Notes: generated by a model not told the origin, from the letters alone. 64,000 nt of DNA from Rhynchopus sp. YZ270_cl-10 (GCA_964035575.1 OZ037847.1:372001-436000), one strand, 5' to 3'; positions 40,167 through 50,784 are shown, counted from the first letter of the stretch. A program made the numbers and translations.

Positions 40167-43100
40167 CTAAGGCTCGTTCGCGGCCACAGGGGTTTGCACA
40201 TCGAATTCAAACCAGAGCTTGTCGCAGGTGATGATGTCGGTGGGTTCGAAGACGGTGTGGGTGCCGACCTGGGTGCCGTGGGTGGGTCCGCGGCAGTGGG
40301 AAGCATCGACACCGAGCTCGAGGAGGAACTTTGCGCCGACCTTGCCTTCGTCCTGCCAGCAGGGGAAGACGGACTTGGAGCAGGATCCGCTGTAGGCGTA
40401 GAGGCCGGGGGTCGTGCGTGAGACCTTCTCGCAGATGCCCTCGTTGTGGTGTGCAAGGCTGCCGTTGTACGTGAACTTCAGCGTCGCCTGCCCAGCGTCA
40501 AACGGCTTGTCCCTTGGCGCAAGAATCACCATGGCATCACCGTCCCAGTTCAACACAGGGGTGAAGGTGTCGTCACCCTGCGTCACCTCCAACTTCACAT
40601 TCGACAGATGCTTTGTGTTCAAGGTGAAGTCCCAGGCACGGTGGTTCAGCACCAAGTCCATGGTGCATTCCGCACGGAAGGTCTTCGTCGCAACGTCAGG
40701 GTCAATGCGGAGGCGGGTGTTCAAAGGGTACATCATCTGCGATGCGTTCGCTGCCGTTCTCGGGTCTGTGCCCCAAGAGAAGTCGCCGTTCTCGATGTTG
40801 ACAATCTGTGGGGCCGGGATCCCGTACTTCGCTTCGAGGATCTTCTCCATCTCCGTGAAGGCACCTTCCACCCAGCCTTGGGCTCCACTGTAGGCCTCAC
40901 CTGCAACGAAGACAGAGTCCCAGATGTGGGGCTGTCTGATGAAGGGCATCTTGTCGGGCACGAGGAAGCCTGCCTTCCATGCGTGGTAACCTCCTCCGAA
41001 GGGGTCGGATCCCCAGTCCTGGAAGGCAGCGGCGTAGGGGGTGCCGATCTTCTCCGCAACCTCTGGGGGGTGCATCTGCCTGAGCTGTGCAAGCCCCACC
41101 TCCACCATGCGCTGCGAAGGGACCGGGTACGACGGCAGGCTGTCGTGCGCCGCCTGAAGACGTGCGCTCTTCGCAATTGCCTTCGTCGGTGTCCCCTTGA
41201 AGGACTGCTCCGTCCCCTTGCTTGCAAGGATGTCCTTTGCCTTCTGCAGAACAGACTTCGTAAGCTTCTCCTTCAACACCTTCACCAGATCGCATCCGTG
41301 CTTCTCTGTGAAGTCACGCTGGATCGCAAGCCACTCCTTCAGGCTCGTCACCGCCTCCAGCACCTCAAAGATCGCAGCATCGTCGACAGTGCCGCTCATC
41401 GCAGTGTACAGACGGTCTGCAGGGGCGCCAGGGCATGTTGTGTTGTTGAAGTCGATCTTCTTGGCCGCAAGGATGTCCTTTGCTTTCGTCATTTCACATG
41501 CTGTGAGCTCCTCGGTGATGGCCTTGAGGAGGCTGCCGTCGTAGAAGGTGGGGTACTTCTGGGCGAAGTCGCGTTGCGTGGCACGCCAGTCGGCGGCACT
41601 GCGCATGGCAGAGAGCTCGTTGTAGAGGCCGTCCTCGTCGGTGCCGAAGCCCTTCATTGCCTTGTAGAGGCGGTCTGCCTTGCCGCTGTCGTGCTTGAAG
41701 ATGTCTGCTGTGGTGCTGGTGCTGGTCTGCACTCCGGTGTTGCCCACAATGTTGTATTTGTCAGAGCCGTAGCCGGTCTGGCTGTTGTAGCTCCCAGCGT
41801 CGCTTTCGAGCTGGATGCCCTCTGTCGACTCAAAGGTCTTCCAGAACGGCACCGTGCGCATGTCGTTGTAGGACGCAAGGAGGAGACCGTGCTGGTTCGT
41901 CTGGTCCACACCGAAGTAGTACGTCTGGCGCAGGGGAAGCGTCGTCACAGAGTGCGGGATGTTCGTGGTGGCGGAGTCGTCGCCAGGCTTGAGCCACCAC
42001 GGCTTCTCAAAGGCCATGAGCAGCTTCAGTGCTGGGGACGGGATGACTGCCTCAATGTTGCTGCGCCACTCCGCGTTGGCCGGGTTGTACTTCGAGAAGA
42101 ACGGCATCTCCTGGTCAAGGAGCTCAAGGGCACGGCGCGGCATCGCCAGGATAATGCTCTTGGCACGCACCTTCGAGGTCTTCGGGTGCTCCCCGTCGCG
42201 CAGGAACTGCGGTGGTGTCTTGAAGGTCAGCTCGTAGATGGGCTTCCCCGCCTTCGCACACCACACCTTCTCGAAGGACACCAGCGCGTTGCGTGTCGTG
42301 ATCGACCCGCCGTAGGAGAGGTACTTGCTTGCAGGCACCTTCAGCAGGTTCTCGAACCCGCCTGCGACAGTCTTGTACGTCGCGTCTGCGCCAAAGTCAC
42401 CCAAGATGTACGGGAAGGCCTCCGCCGCGTTCCAGTTCAGCGTGTTGCTGTAGTAGCCTCCCGAGTCTGCCACGAAGTTGTACGTCTCCTGGTCAAGCAT
42501 CTCAAGCATCAGGTTCCAGAACCCGATGGAGTACAGGAACTGGCCCGCGTAGATCGAGTCGCTCCCGTTGTCGGCCTTCACAAGGTACTGCACGGTGCGC
42601 TTGATCTCGTCCCACACACTCGTCTGTTCCTTCGTCGGCAGGCTGGTGATCTCGGCCATGTTGCACACAGTGTCCCCGTTGCAGAGCGTGTACTGGAAGT
42701 TTGCCGCACACAGGATGCGGTCCATCTGTGCCTTCAGGATTGTCTCCATTGTGTCGGTGATCTTGTTTCCAGACTCAGGGAAGTAGCGCACATCTGCAGT
42801 CTTGTTCGCAAAGTCCTCTGCCGTGTAGCGCGAGCCACGCAGGTAGAAGAGCGACTGGTCATCGGAACCCATCGGGAAGTTGATGGAGCGGAGCGAGCCT
42901 TCGGACTGGAACTTCTCGATGTAGCCGTTGACAAGCGTCTGCTGGTTCAGGTAGCGCATGCCGCCAAGCTCTGCCGCAACGTTCATGTTCGGGAGCTTGA
43001 TGGACCAGAGACGTCCGCAGACACGGTCGCTCATCTCGTAGATGCCTGTGGTCTGGTAGGGCAGCTCCGATGTGCCGCCTGCGTGCTCATCGGGCACAAC

Positions 43101-44492
43101 CATGCGCATGCCTGCGTACAGCCCTGCCGCACCTGCACCAATGATCGCCACGTCAACCTCCTCGTCCTGCGCAATCTCTGTCTTCATGTTCTTGTGCGTG
43201 TCAAACACGTAGTCCCAGTCCACCTTGAACTGCGCCGTCAGACGCTGCTCCAGGTTCGGGTCCGTTGCCTGCACCGGTGGTGTCGTGTCGTACTGGTTGA
43301 GTGCGTCGTACGGCTTCCCCTCGAGCATGTGTGCAATCCATTCTCCAAGTGTGGGGATGAACTTCCCTGCCCATCCCGACGTGTAGAGCACAATGTCCTT
43401 GTTGTTGGGCACCGTGCCAGGAAGGGTGTCGAGGAGCATTGCCTTGCTGGGGTCCAGCGGGAGGCCGATGATGCAGTAGGTGGTTGGGGTCCTGTCGTCC
43501 GCGTCAAGACCGGGCATGTGGTTGCGCACGAAGTCGACTGTGTACTTGATGGTCTCCGTCCCGTCGCTCTGGCGCTGCGAGGGGTCGGTGAGGATGCGGT
43601 CCTGCCAGCCGGGGCACACACGTGCGTAGCCGGGGGTGTCCCAGGAGGCTGACTCGGTGAAGCCGTAGAAGACCTTCTGGTCTGCTGCAGTCGGGCTGTC
43701 GGGCTCGTCAAAGACGTACCAGGTGTTGTCCGGCACCTTCGTCCTGTCCTTGATCTTGAAGTACGTCGACGACATCTCCCACGTCGTGATCGGTGCCTGC
43801 AGCCCCCACTCCGAGAGGATGCTGCGGTTCACGTACGCACCCCCCGCAATGACAAGCTTCTTTGTGGGGAACGACTGCGTCACGCCGCCGTTCTCTGCGA
43901 TGACGGTGATCCCACCCTCGACAGTCGAGGTGAAGGTGTTCACAGTCTGGTTTGCCATCAGGGTCACATTCTCCATCTCCCCCAGCACCTTGATCAGAAG
44001 CGCCTGGGTACCGTGCAGGTCGACCGACCCTCCGTCCTTCTGCAGGAACCCTGCATAGCTCTCAGGGAGGTTTGCCACGTACGGGTGCGCTGCAGTGATC
44101 TCAGCACCGTTCTGGTAAGGCGTGTACGCAAGCTTCGCCTCGTCCATGGCCTCCTCGGCAGCAGCGACGCCACCCTCCTCAGAGACAATCTGCGAGTTCC
44201 CGAACCAGAGCGAGCCCTCCTCATAGAAGACGGGGGGGAGACCATGCGCCTTCGCAAGCGCGTTGAACTCATCCCACTGCTCACGGGCCAGCTGCGCCAT
44301 GTTGATCATGTCCGGCTCGGTGTACTGCAGGCGCATCTGCCTGCTCTGTCCCGCAGAGCTCCCCTCCTGGTTCTCAAACTCAAACTGCTCCAAAACCAGA
44401 ACCTTCCTCTGTGTGCTCTCCTTCATCACAGCGTAGGCCGCAGAAAGACCAACAGGCCCTCCTCCGACAATCACAACATCGTATTTCTCCAT
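40167..44492 (-). CDS. Chimeric di-flavoprotein, copy 1: sarcosine oxidase-like + L-amino acid/amine oxidase with two inserted annexin repeats + M1 peptidase N-terminal domain (1441 aa)
   Basis: DVVIVGGGPVG..GSSAGQSRQMRLQY..YCIIG..SGWAGKFIP (MSOX/PIPOX family); DVAIIGAGAAG..EMSDRVCGRL..ELGGMRY..GEAYS..GWVEGA (flavin amine oxidase); LYKAMKGFGTDE (annexin); FTYNGSL..KSVFPCWQDEG..AKFLLEL (M1 N-domain). Confidence 0.93.
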   Translation of the reverse strand: MEKYDVVIVGGGPVGLSAAYAVMKESTQRKVLVLEQFEFENQEGSSAGQSRQMRLQYTEPDMINMAQLAREQWDEFNALAKAHGLPPVFYEEGSLWFGNSQIVSEEGGVAAAEEAMDEAKLAYTPYQNGAEITAAHPYVANLPESYAGFLQKDGGSVDLHGTQALLIKVLGEMENVTLMANQTVNTFTSTVEGGITVIAENGGVTQSFPTKKLVIAGGAYVNRSILSEWGLQAPITTWEMSSTYFKIKDRTKVPDNTWYVFDEPDSPTAADQKVFYGFTESASWDTPGYARVCPGWQDRILTDPSQRQSDGTETIKYTVDFVRNHMPGLDADDRTPTTYCIIGLPLDPSKAMLLDTLPGTVPNNKDIVLYTSGWAGKFIPTLGEWIAHMLEGKPYDALNQYDTTPPVQATDPNLEQRLTAQFKVDWDYVFDTHKNMKTEIAQDEEVDVAIIGAGAAGLYAGMRMVVPDEHAGGTSELPYQTTGIYEMSDRVCGRLWSIKLPNMNVAAELGGMRYLNQQTLVNGYIEKFQSEGSLRSINFPMGSDDQSLFYLRGSRYTAEDFANKTADVRYFPESGNKITDTMETILKAQMDRILCAANFQYTLCNGDTVCNMAEITSLPTKEQTSVWDEIKRTVQYLVKADNGSDSIYAGQFLYSIGFWNLMLEMLDQETYNFVADSGGYYSNTLNWNAAEAFPYILGDFGADATYKTVAGGFENLLKVPASKYLSYGGSITTRNALVSFEKVWCAKAGKPIYELTFKTPPQFLRDGEHPKTSKVRAKSIILAMPRRALELLDQEMPFFSKYNPANAEWRSNIEAVIPSPALKLLMAFEKPWWLKPGDDSATTNIPHSVTTLPLRQTYYFGVDQTNQHGLLLASYNDMRTVPFWKTFESTEGIQLESDAGSYNSQTGYGSDKYNIVGNTGVQTSTSTTADIFKHDSGKADRLYKAMKGFGTDEDGLYNELSAMRSAADWRATQRDFAQKYPTFYDGSLLKAITEELTACEMTKAKDILAAKKIDFNNTTCPGAPADRLYTAMSGTVDDAAIFEVLEAVTSLKEWLAIQRDFTEKHGCDLVKVLKEKLTKSVLQKAKDILASKGTEQSFKGTPTKAIAKSARLQAAHDSLPSYPVPSQRMVEVGLAQLRQMHPPEVAEKIGTPYAAAFQDWGSDPFGGGYHAWKAGFLVPDKMPFIRQPHIWDSVFVAGEAYSGAQGWVEGAFTEMEKILEAKYGIPAPQIVNIENGDFSWGTDPRTAANASQMMYPLNTRLRIDPDVATKTFRAECTMDLVLNHRAWDFTLNTKHLSNVKLEVTQGDDTFTPVLNWDGDAMVILAPRDKPFDAGQATLKFTYNGSLAHHNEGICEKVSRTTPGLYAYSGSCSKSVFPCWQDEGKVGAKFLLELGVDASHCRGPTHGTQVGTHTVFEPTDIITCDKLWFEFDVQTPVAANEP

Positions 44493-46458
44493 GGTTTGTT
44501 TGTTTGTATGTGGTTTTCTTTTAGCTGCGAGGTGTGGAGTGGGTGGAGGGTGTGCTGGGCGTTGAGGGCGACAACAGTGTGAAAAGGTTGTGAGAGAGAG
44601 CTTCGGGTTATTGAAGGAAAAAAAACAAGAAAAAGGTTGTAATACGTGTCTCAAAGAATAAGAGCAAAGGGAATGTATGCAGGGGTACTCGCATCCTACA
44701 ACTGATAGAGCACATCACAGAAATGTTTCTTTTTATAGTTTCCACCTCTGTGATACAGTGTCTATCAGCTAAGGTACGACATGCCAACGCTTCCTTGCAG
44801 AATACAAGAAAGAAAGGTGGCAATATGGGTTGTAAAGCCTTTTTGACGGCAAAAACAAGGCAAACACAAAAAAAAACTAGATGAACAAATATGTATGGGG
44901 TATTCGATAGTGTAGCCTATCAATACTAAAATGCTTGAAAGATTGGATGCGTCTCACGAGGGTGCACACATCTTTCTAACGAATCAAAATATACGAAAAA
45001 TGTTTTTTTGAAAAAAAAATATGGTAAAAAACGCCTCTGGGACGCAGGCACACAGACCATCCGTGGGTTATCGAAGCACGGAGTGTTGCTGCGCTTGGGT
45101 GTTGCTGACAGGGAAACTGAACCCCCGTCATCACCGTCTTGCGTCTGTGGCATCTGACCTGAACGAGGAAGCCTCGAAAAATGGAACTAACGAAGTATTG
45201 CCAGGCACACAGCATTCCTTGGATTCAAGGTGCTGTGCACGAGAAAAGAAAAGAAACGAAAAGTAAGATGTGCCGCTCAATGCACCTACACATCTTTAAA
45301 CACGAGCAAAAAAAATAGAATCACCGATTTGCAATTGTTGCGCATCGCTCAAACAGGAGAAACTGTTGTGTGAAGTGTCGTTTAACACATGCAGGGGGGT
45401 AAACACTTTCTGGGATATTTCTACTCAGTAAAGTGGTGGGTAGAAAATATGTCGAAAGCTGTCTCTTCGGAACCACGTTTGTTGAACGGTTCACTGGGAA
45501 CGGAAACAGGGGGAATGGGGGAAGGGAAAAGAAAACTTCAAAAACAAAACAAAAAAGACCCTCACTCACGCGAGAGCAAACTATTCGTTGGATGTAGGTT
45601 ACAGTGAAGTAAAATAAAAAAACGTTGGTATGTTGGTACAGATGCTTAGGATGAATTGCTATACTCCAAATATGTTTGGTGTCCAAAAAAGTCGCCAAAT
45701 TACATCAAAATCCGAAATCTGCTAAACTTATTTGCACACAAAACTATTTGGAGTAAAGAATGATGGAGGTGTCCATCAGTATGTTGTTGTACAAAAAGAA
45801 AACAGTTAGCCTGCAAACACCCATGGGTATATGCAGGCACAAACCAAAAGAAAGCAAATAAGAAATGTAAAACTTGTTATGCAGCGCACAACATCTAATC
45901 GATCGAGAGTAAAAATAAAAAACAGTTTTGTAAGCTGAACCTAAGTCTCGCTCACCAAAACAAAAGGGGCGGGGAGGGTGTTTGGTTGGTATGAGCTGGA
46001 ACCAGTTGACGATACCACGTCCAGCTGCAAAAAACGTTGGCCTACAAAAAAATAGGAAAAAACAGGGGGGAAGCTTGCAAGATGAATGAACCACACAACA
46101 CAGGGGTACAGACATCATGGGTAAAGATAGGGTACAGTCCAGGAGACACAAAAACACCCCCATCCCCAACTTGACAACTTTCGGGAGTGTGTTCTCGGTT
46201 TCTCTCTCTCCCATCTGAGAGGGTGGTAAAAGAAACCGCGACACACCCCGAACAACAGACCATCTCCGACAAATCTGTTTTCAGAAAAAGAAGTACATTC
46301 CCTTTTCGGGTTCAAAGCTGGGGCGGTGTCTCAAATAAAAAAAGCTATTTTTTTGTTTGTTTTTTGGATCAATGTGTTTGGCTGCACATTCATCAGTAAG
46401 ATAGGCGTCACCTTACAACGTTGGTAGGTTGAGAAATGCTTCGAATATCAAACCCTTT

Positions 46459-49400
46459 CTAAGGCTCGTTCGCGGCCACAGGGGTTTGCACATCGAATTC
46501 AAACCAGAGCTTGTCGCAGGTGATGATGTCGGTGGGTTCGAAGACGGTGTGGGTGCCGACCTGGGTGCCGTGGGTGGGTCCGCGGCAGTGGGAAGCATCG
46601 ACACCGAGCTCGAGGAGGAACTTTGCGCCGACCTTGCCTTCGTCCTGCCAGCAGGGGAAGACGGACTTGGAGCAGGATCCGCTGTAGGCGTAGAGGCCGG
46701 GGGTCGTGCGTGAGACCTTCTCGCAGATGCCCTCGTTGTGGTGTGCAAGGCTGCCGTTGTACGTGAACTTCAGCGTCGCCTGCCCAGCGTCAAACGGCTT
46801 GTCCCTTGGCGCAAGAATCACCATGGCATCACCGTCCCAGTTCAACACAGGGGTGAAGGTGTCGTCACCCTGCGTCACCTCCAACTTCACATTCGACAGA
46901 TGCTTTGTGTTCAAGGTGAAGTCCCAGGCACGGTGGTTCAGCACCAAGTCCATGGTGCATTCCGCACGGAAGGTCTTCGTCGCAACGTCAGGGTCAATGC
47001 GGAGGCGGGTGTTCAAAGGGTACATCATCTGCGATGCGTTCGCTGCCGTTCTCGGGTCTGTGCCCCAAGAGAAGTCGCCGTTCTCGATGTTGACAATCTG
47101 TGGGGCCGGGATCCCGTACTTCGCTTCGAGGATCTTCTCCATCTCCGTGAAGGCACCTTCCACCCAGCCTTGGGCTCCACTGTAGGCCTCACCTGCAACG
47201 AAGACAGAGTCCCAGATGTGGGGCTGTCTGATGAAGGGCATCTTGTCGGGCACGAGGAAGCCTGCCTTCCATGCGTGGTAACCTCCTCCGAAGGGGTCGG
47301 ATCCCCAGTCCTGGAAGGCAGCGGCGTAGGGGGTGCCGATCTTCTCCGCAACCTCTGGGGGGTGCATCTGCCTGAGCTGTGCAAGCCCCACCTCCACCAT
47401 GCGCTGCGAAGGGACCGGGTACGACGGCAGGCTGTCGTGCGCCGCCTGAAGACGTGCGCTCTTCGCAATTGCCTTCGTCGGTGTCCCCTTGAAGGACTGC
47501 TCCGTCCCCTTGCTTGCAAGGATGTCCTTTGCCTTCTGCAGAACAGACTTCGTAAGCTTCTCCTTCAACACCTTCACCAGATCGCATCCGTGCTTCTCTG
47601 TGAAGTCACGCTGGATCGCAAGCCACTCCTTCAGGCTCGTCACCGCCTCCAGCACCTCAAAGATCGCAGCATCGTCGACAGTGCCGCTCATCGCAGTGTA
47701 CAGACGGTCTGCAGGGGCGCCAGGGCATGTTGTGTTGTTGAAGTCGATCTTCTTGGCCGCAAGGATGTCCTTTGCTTTCGTCATTTCACATGCTGTGAGC
47801 TCCTCGGTGATGGCCTTGAGGAGGCTGCCGTCGTAGAAGGTGGGGTACTTCTGGGCGAAGTCGCGTTGCGTGGCACGCCAGTCGGCGGCACTGCGCATGG
47901 CAGAGAGCTCGTTGTAGAGGCCGTCCTCGTCGGTGCCGAAGCCCTTCATTGCCTTGTAGAGGCGGTCTGCCTTGCCGCTGTCGTGCTTGAAGATGTCTGC
48001 TGTGGTGCTGGTGCTGGTCTGCACTCCGGTGTTGCCCACAATGTTGTATTTGTCAGAGCCGTAGCCGGTCTGGCTGTTGTAGCTCCCAGCGTCGCTTTCG
48101 AGCTGGATGCCCTCTGTCGACTCAAAGGTCTTCCAGAACGGCACCGTGCGCATGTCGTTGTAGGACGCAAGGAGGAGACCGTGCTGGTTCGTCTGGTCCA
48201 CACCGAAGTAGTACGTCTGGCGCAGGGGAAGCGTCGTCACAGAGTGCGGGATGTTCGTGGTGGCGGAGTCGTCGCCAGGCTTGAGCCACCACGGCTTCTC
48301 AAAGGCCATGAGCAGCTTCAGTGCTGGGGACGGGATGACTGCCTCAATGTTGCTGCGCCACTCCGCGTTGGCCGGGTTGTACTTCGAGAAGAACGGCATC
48401 TCCTGGTCAAGGAGCTCAAGGGCACGGCGCGGCATCGCCAGGATAATGCTCTTGGCACGCACCTTCGAGGTCTTCGGGTGCTCCCCGTCGCGCAGGAACT
48501 GCGGTGGTGTCTTGAAGGTCAGCTCGTAGATGGGCTTCCCCGCCTTCGCACACCACACCTTCTCGAAGGACACCAGCGCGTTGCGTGTCGTGATCGACCC
48601 GCCGTAGGAGAGGTACTTGCTTGCAGGCACCTTCAGCAGGTTCTCGAACCCGCCTGCGACAGTCTTGTACGTCGCGTCTGCGCCAAAGTCACCCAAGATG
48701 TACGGGAAGGCCTCCGCCGCGTTCCAGTTCAGCGTGTTGCTGTAGTAGCCTCCCGAGTCTGCCACGAAGTTGTACGTCTCCTGGTCAAGCATCTCAAGCA
48801 TCAGGTTCCAGAACCCGATGGAGTACAGGAACTGGCCCGCGTAGATCGAGTCGCTCCCGTTGTCGGCCTTCACAAGGTACTGCACGGTGCGCTTGATCTC
48901 GTCCCACACACTCGTCTGTTCCTTCGTCGGCAGGCTGGTGATCTCGGCCATGTTGCACACAGTGTCCCCGTTGCAGAGCGTGTACTGGAAGTTTGCCGCA
49001 CACAGGATGCGGTCCATCTGTGCCTTCAGGATTGTCTCCATTGTGTCGGTGATCTTGTTTCCAGACTCAGGGAAGTAGCGCACATCTGCAGTCTTGTTCG
49101 CAAAGTCCTCTGCCGTGTAGCGCGAGCCACGCAGGTAGAAGAGCGACTGGTCATCGGAACCCATCGGGAAGTTGATGGAGCGGAGCGAGCCTTCGGACTG
49201 GAACTTCTCGATGTAGCCGTTGACAAGCGTCTGCTGGTTCAGGTAGCGCATGCCGCCAAGCTCTGCCGCAACGTTCATGTTCGGGAGCTTGATGGACCAG
49301 AGACGTCCGCAGACACGGTCGCTCATCTCGTAGATGCCTGTGGTCTGGTAGGGCAGCTCCGATGTGCCGCCTGCGTGCTCATCGGGCACAACCATGCGCA

Positions 49401-50784
49401 TGCCTGCGTACAGCCCTGCCGCACCTGCACCAATGATCGCCACGTCAACCTCCTCGTCCTGCGCAATCTCTGTCTTCATGTTCTTGTGCGTGTCAAACAC
49501 GTAGTCCCAGTCCACCTTGAACTGCGCCGTCAGACGCTGCTCCAGGTTCGGGTCCGTTGCCTGCACCGGTGGTGTCGTGTCGTACTGGTTGAGTGCGTCG
49601 TACGGCTTCCCCTCGAGCATGTGTGCAATCCATTCTCCAAGTGTGGGGATGAACTTCCCTGCCCATCCCGACGTGTAGAGCACAATGTCCTTGTTGTTGG
49701 GCACCGTGCCAGGAAGGGTGTCGAGGAGCATTGCCTTGCTGGGGTCCAGCGGGAGGCCGATGATGCAGTAGGTGGTTGGGGTCCTGTCGTCCGCGTCAAG
49801 ACCGGGCATGTGGTTGCGCACGAAGTCGACTGTGTACTTGATGGTCTCCGTCCCGTCGCTCTGGCGCTGCGAGGGGTCGGTGAGGATGCGGTCCTGCCAG
49901 CCGGGGCACACACGTGCGTAGCCGGGGGTGTCCCAGGAGGCTGACTCGGTGAAGCCGTAGAAGACCTTCTGGTCTGCTGCAGTCGGGCTGTCGGGCTCGT
50001 CAAAGACGTACCAGGTGTTGTCCGGCACCTTCGTCCTGTCCTTGATCTTGAAGTACGTCGACGACATCTCCCACGTCGTGATCGGTGCCTGCAGCCCCCA
50101 CTCCGAGAGGATGCTGCGGTTCACGTACGCACCCCCCGCAATGACAAGCTTCTTTGTGGGGAACGACTGCGTCACGCCGCCGTTCTCTGCGATGACGGTG
50201 ATCCCACCCTCGACAGTCGAGGTGAAGGTGTTCACAGTCTGGTTTGCCATCAGGGTCACATTCTCCATCTCCCCCAGCACCTTGATCAGAAGCGCCTGGG
50301 TACCGTGCAGGTCGACCGACCCTCCGTCCTTCTGCAGGAACCCTGCATAGCTCTCAGGGAGGTTTGCCACGTACGGGTGCGCTGCAGTGATCTCAGCACC
50401 GTTCTGGTAAGGCGTGTACGCAAGCTTCGCCTCGTCCATGGCCTCCTCGGCAGCAGCGACGCCACCCTCCTCAGAGACAATCTGCGAGTTCCCGAACCAG
50501 AGCGAGCCCTCCTCATAGAAGACGGGGGGGAGACCATGCGCCTTCGCAAGCGCGTTGAACTCATCCCACTGCTCACGGGCCAGCTGCGCCATGTTGATCA
50601 TGTCCGGCTCGGTGTACTGCAGGCGCATCTGCCTGCTCTGTCCCGCAGAGCTCCCCTCCTGGTTCTCAAACTCAAACTGCTCCAAAACCAGAACCTTCCT
50701 CTGTGTGCTCTCCTTCATCACAGCGTAGGCCGCAGAAAGACCAACAGGCCCTCCTCCGACAATCACAACATCGTATTTCTCCAT
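46459..50784 (-). CDS. Chimeric di-flavoprotein, copy 2
   Basis: Translation identical to copy 1. Confidence 0.93.
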   Translation of the reverse strand: MEKYDVVIVGGGPVGLSAAYAVMKESTQRKVLVLEQFEFENQEGSSAGQSRQMRLQYTEPDMINMAQLAREQWDEFNALAKAHGLPPVFYEEGSLWFGNSQIVSEEGGVAAAEEAMDEAKLAYTPYQNGAEITAAHPYVANLPESYAGFLQKDGGSVDLHGTQALLIKVLGEMENVTLMANQTVNTFTSTVEGGITVIAENGGVTQSFPTKKLVIAGGAYVNRSILSEWGLQAPITTWEMSSTYFKIKDRTKVPDNTWYVFDEPDSPTAADQKVFYGFTESASWDTPGYARVCPGWQDRILTDPSQRQSDGTETIKYTVDFVRNHMPGLDADDRTPTTYCIIGLPLDPSKAMLLDTLPGTVPNNKDIVLYTSGWAGKFIPTLGEWIAHMLEGKPYDALNQYDTTPPVQATDPNLEQRLTAQFKVDWDYVFDTHKNMKTEIAQDEEVDVAIIGAGAAGLYAGMRMVVPDEHAGGTSELPYQTTGIYEMSDRVCGRLWSIKLPNMNVAAELGGMRYLNQQTLVNGYIEKFQSEGSLRSINFPMGSDDQSLFYLRGSRYTAEDFANKTADVRYFPESGNKITDTMETILKAQMDRILCAANFQYTLCNGDTVCNMAEITSLPTKEQTSVWDEIKRTVQYLVKADNGSDSIYAGQFLYSIGFWNLMLEMLDQETYNFVADSGGYYSNTLNWNAAEAFPYILGDFGADATYKTVAGGFENLLKVPASKYLSYGGSITTRNALVSFEKVWCAKAGKPIYELTFKTPPQFLRDGEHPKTSKVRAKSIILAMPRRALELLDQEMPFFSKYNPANAEWRSNIEAVIPSPALKLLMAFEKPWWLKPGDDSATTNIPHSVTTLPLRQTYYFGVDQTNQHGLLLASYNDMRTVPFWKTFESTEGIQLESDAGSYNSQTGYGSDKYNIVGNTGVQTSTSTTADIFKHDSGKADRLYKAMKGFGTDEDGLYNELSAMRSAADWRATQRDFAQKYPTFYDGSLLKAITEELTACEMTKAKDILAAKKIDFNNTTCPGAPADRLYTAMSGTVDDAAIFEVLEAVTSLKEWLAIQRDFTEKHGCDLVKVLKEKLTKSVLQKAKDILASKGTEQSFKGTPTKAIAKSARLQAAHDSLPSYPVPSQRMVEVGLAQLRQMHPPEVAEKIGTPYAAAFQDWGSDPFGGGYHAWKAGFLVPDKMPFIRQPHIWDSVFVAGEAYSGAQGWVEGAFTEMEKILEAKYGIPAPQIVNIENGDFSWGTDPRTAANASQMMYPLNTRLRIDPDVATKTFRAECTMDLVLNHRAWDFTLNTKHLSNVKLEVTQGDDTFTPVLNWDGDAMVILAPRDKPFDAGQATLKFTYNGSLAHHNEGICEKVSRTTPGLYAYSGSCSKSVFPCWQDEGKVGAKFLLELGVDASHCRGPTHGTQVGTHTVFEPTDIITCDKLWFEFDVQTPVAANEP

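Noticed and set aside
40446..43652. 1068-aa plus-strand ORF (and its three repeats) antisense to the fusion gene
   Set aside because: Codon-register shadow of a gene with strong third-position GC bias. It is rich in V/R/L/H with no recognisable motifs.
44493..44654. N-terminal extension of the 1495-aa ORF call (likewise the extensions of P4H, LRR, F-box, exportin-like and GT8 ORFs)
   Set aside because: Non-ATG starts or spacer-like composition. For the fusion gene the extension is not conserved in copy 4.
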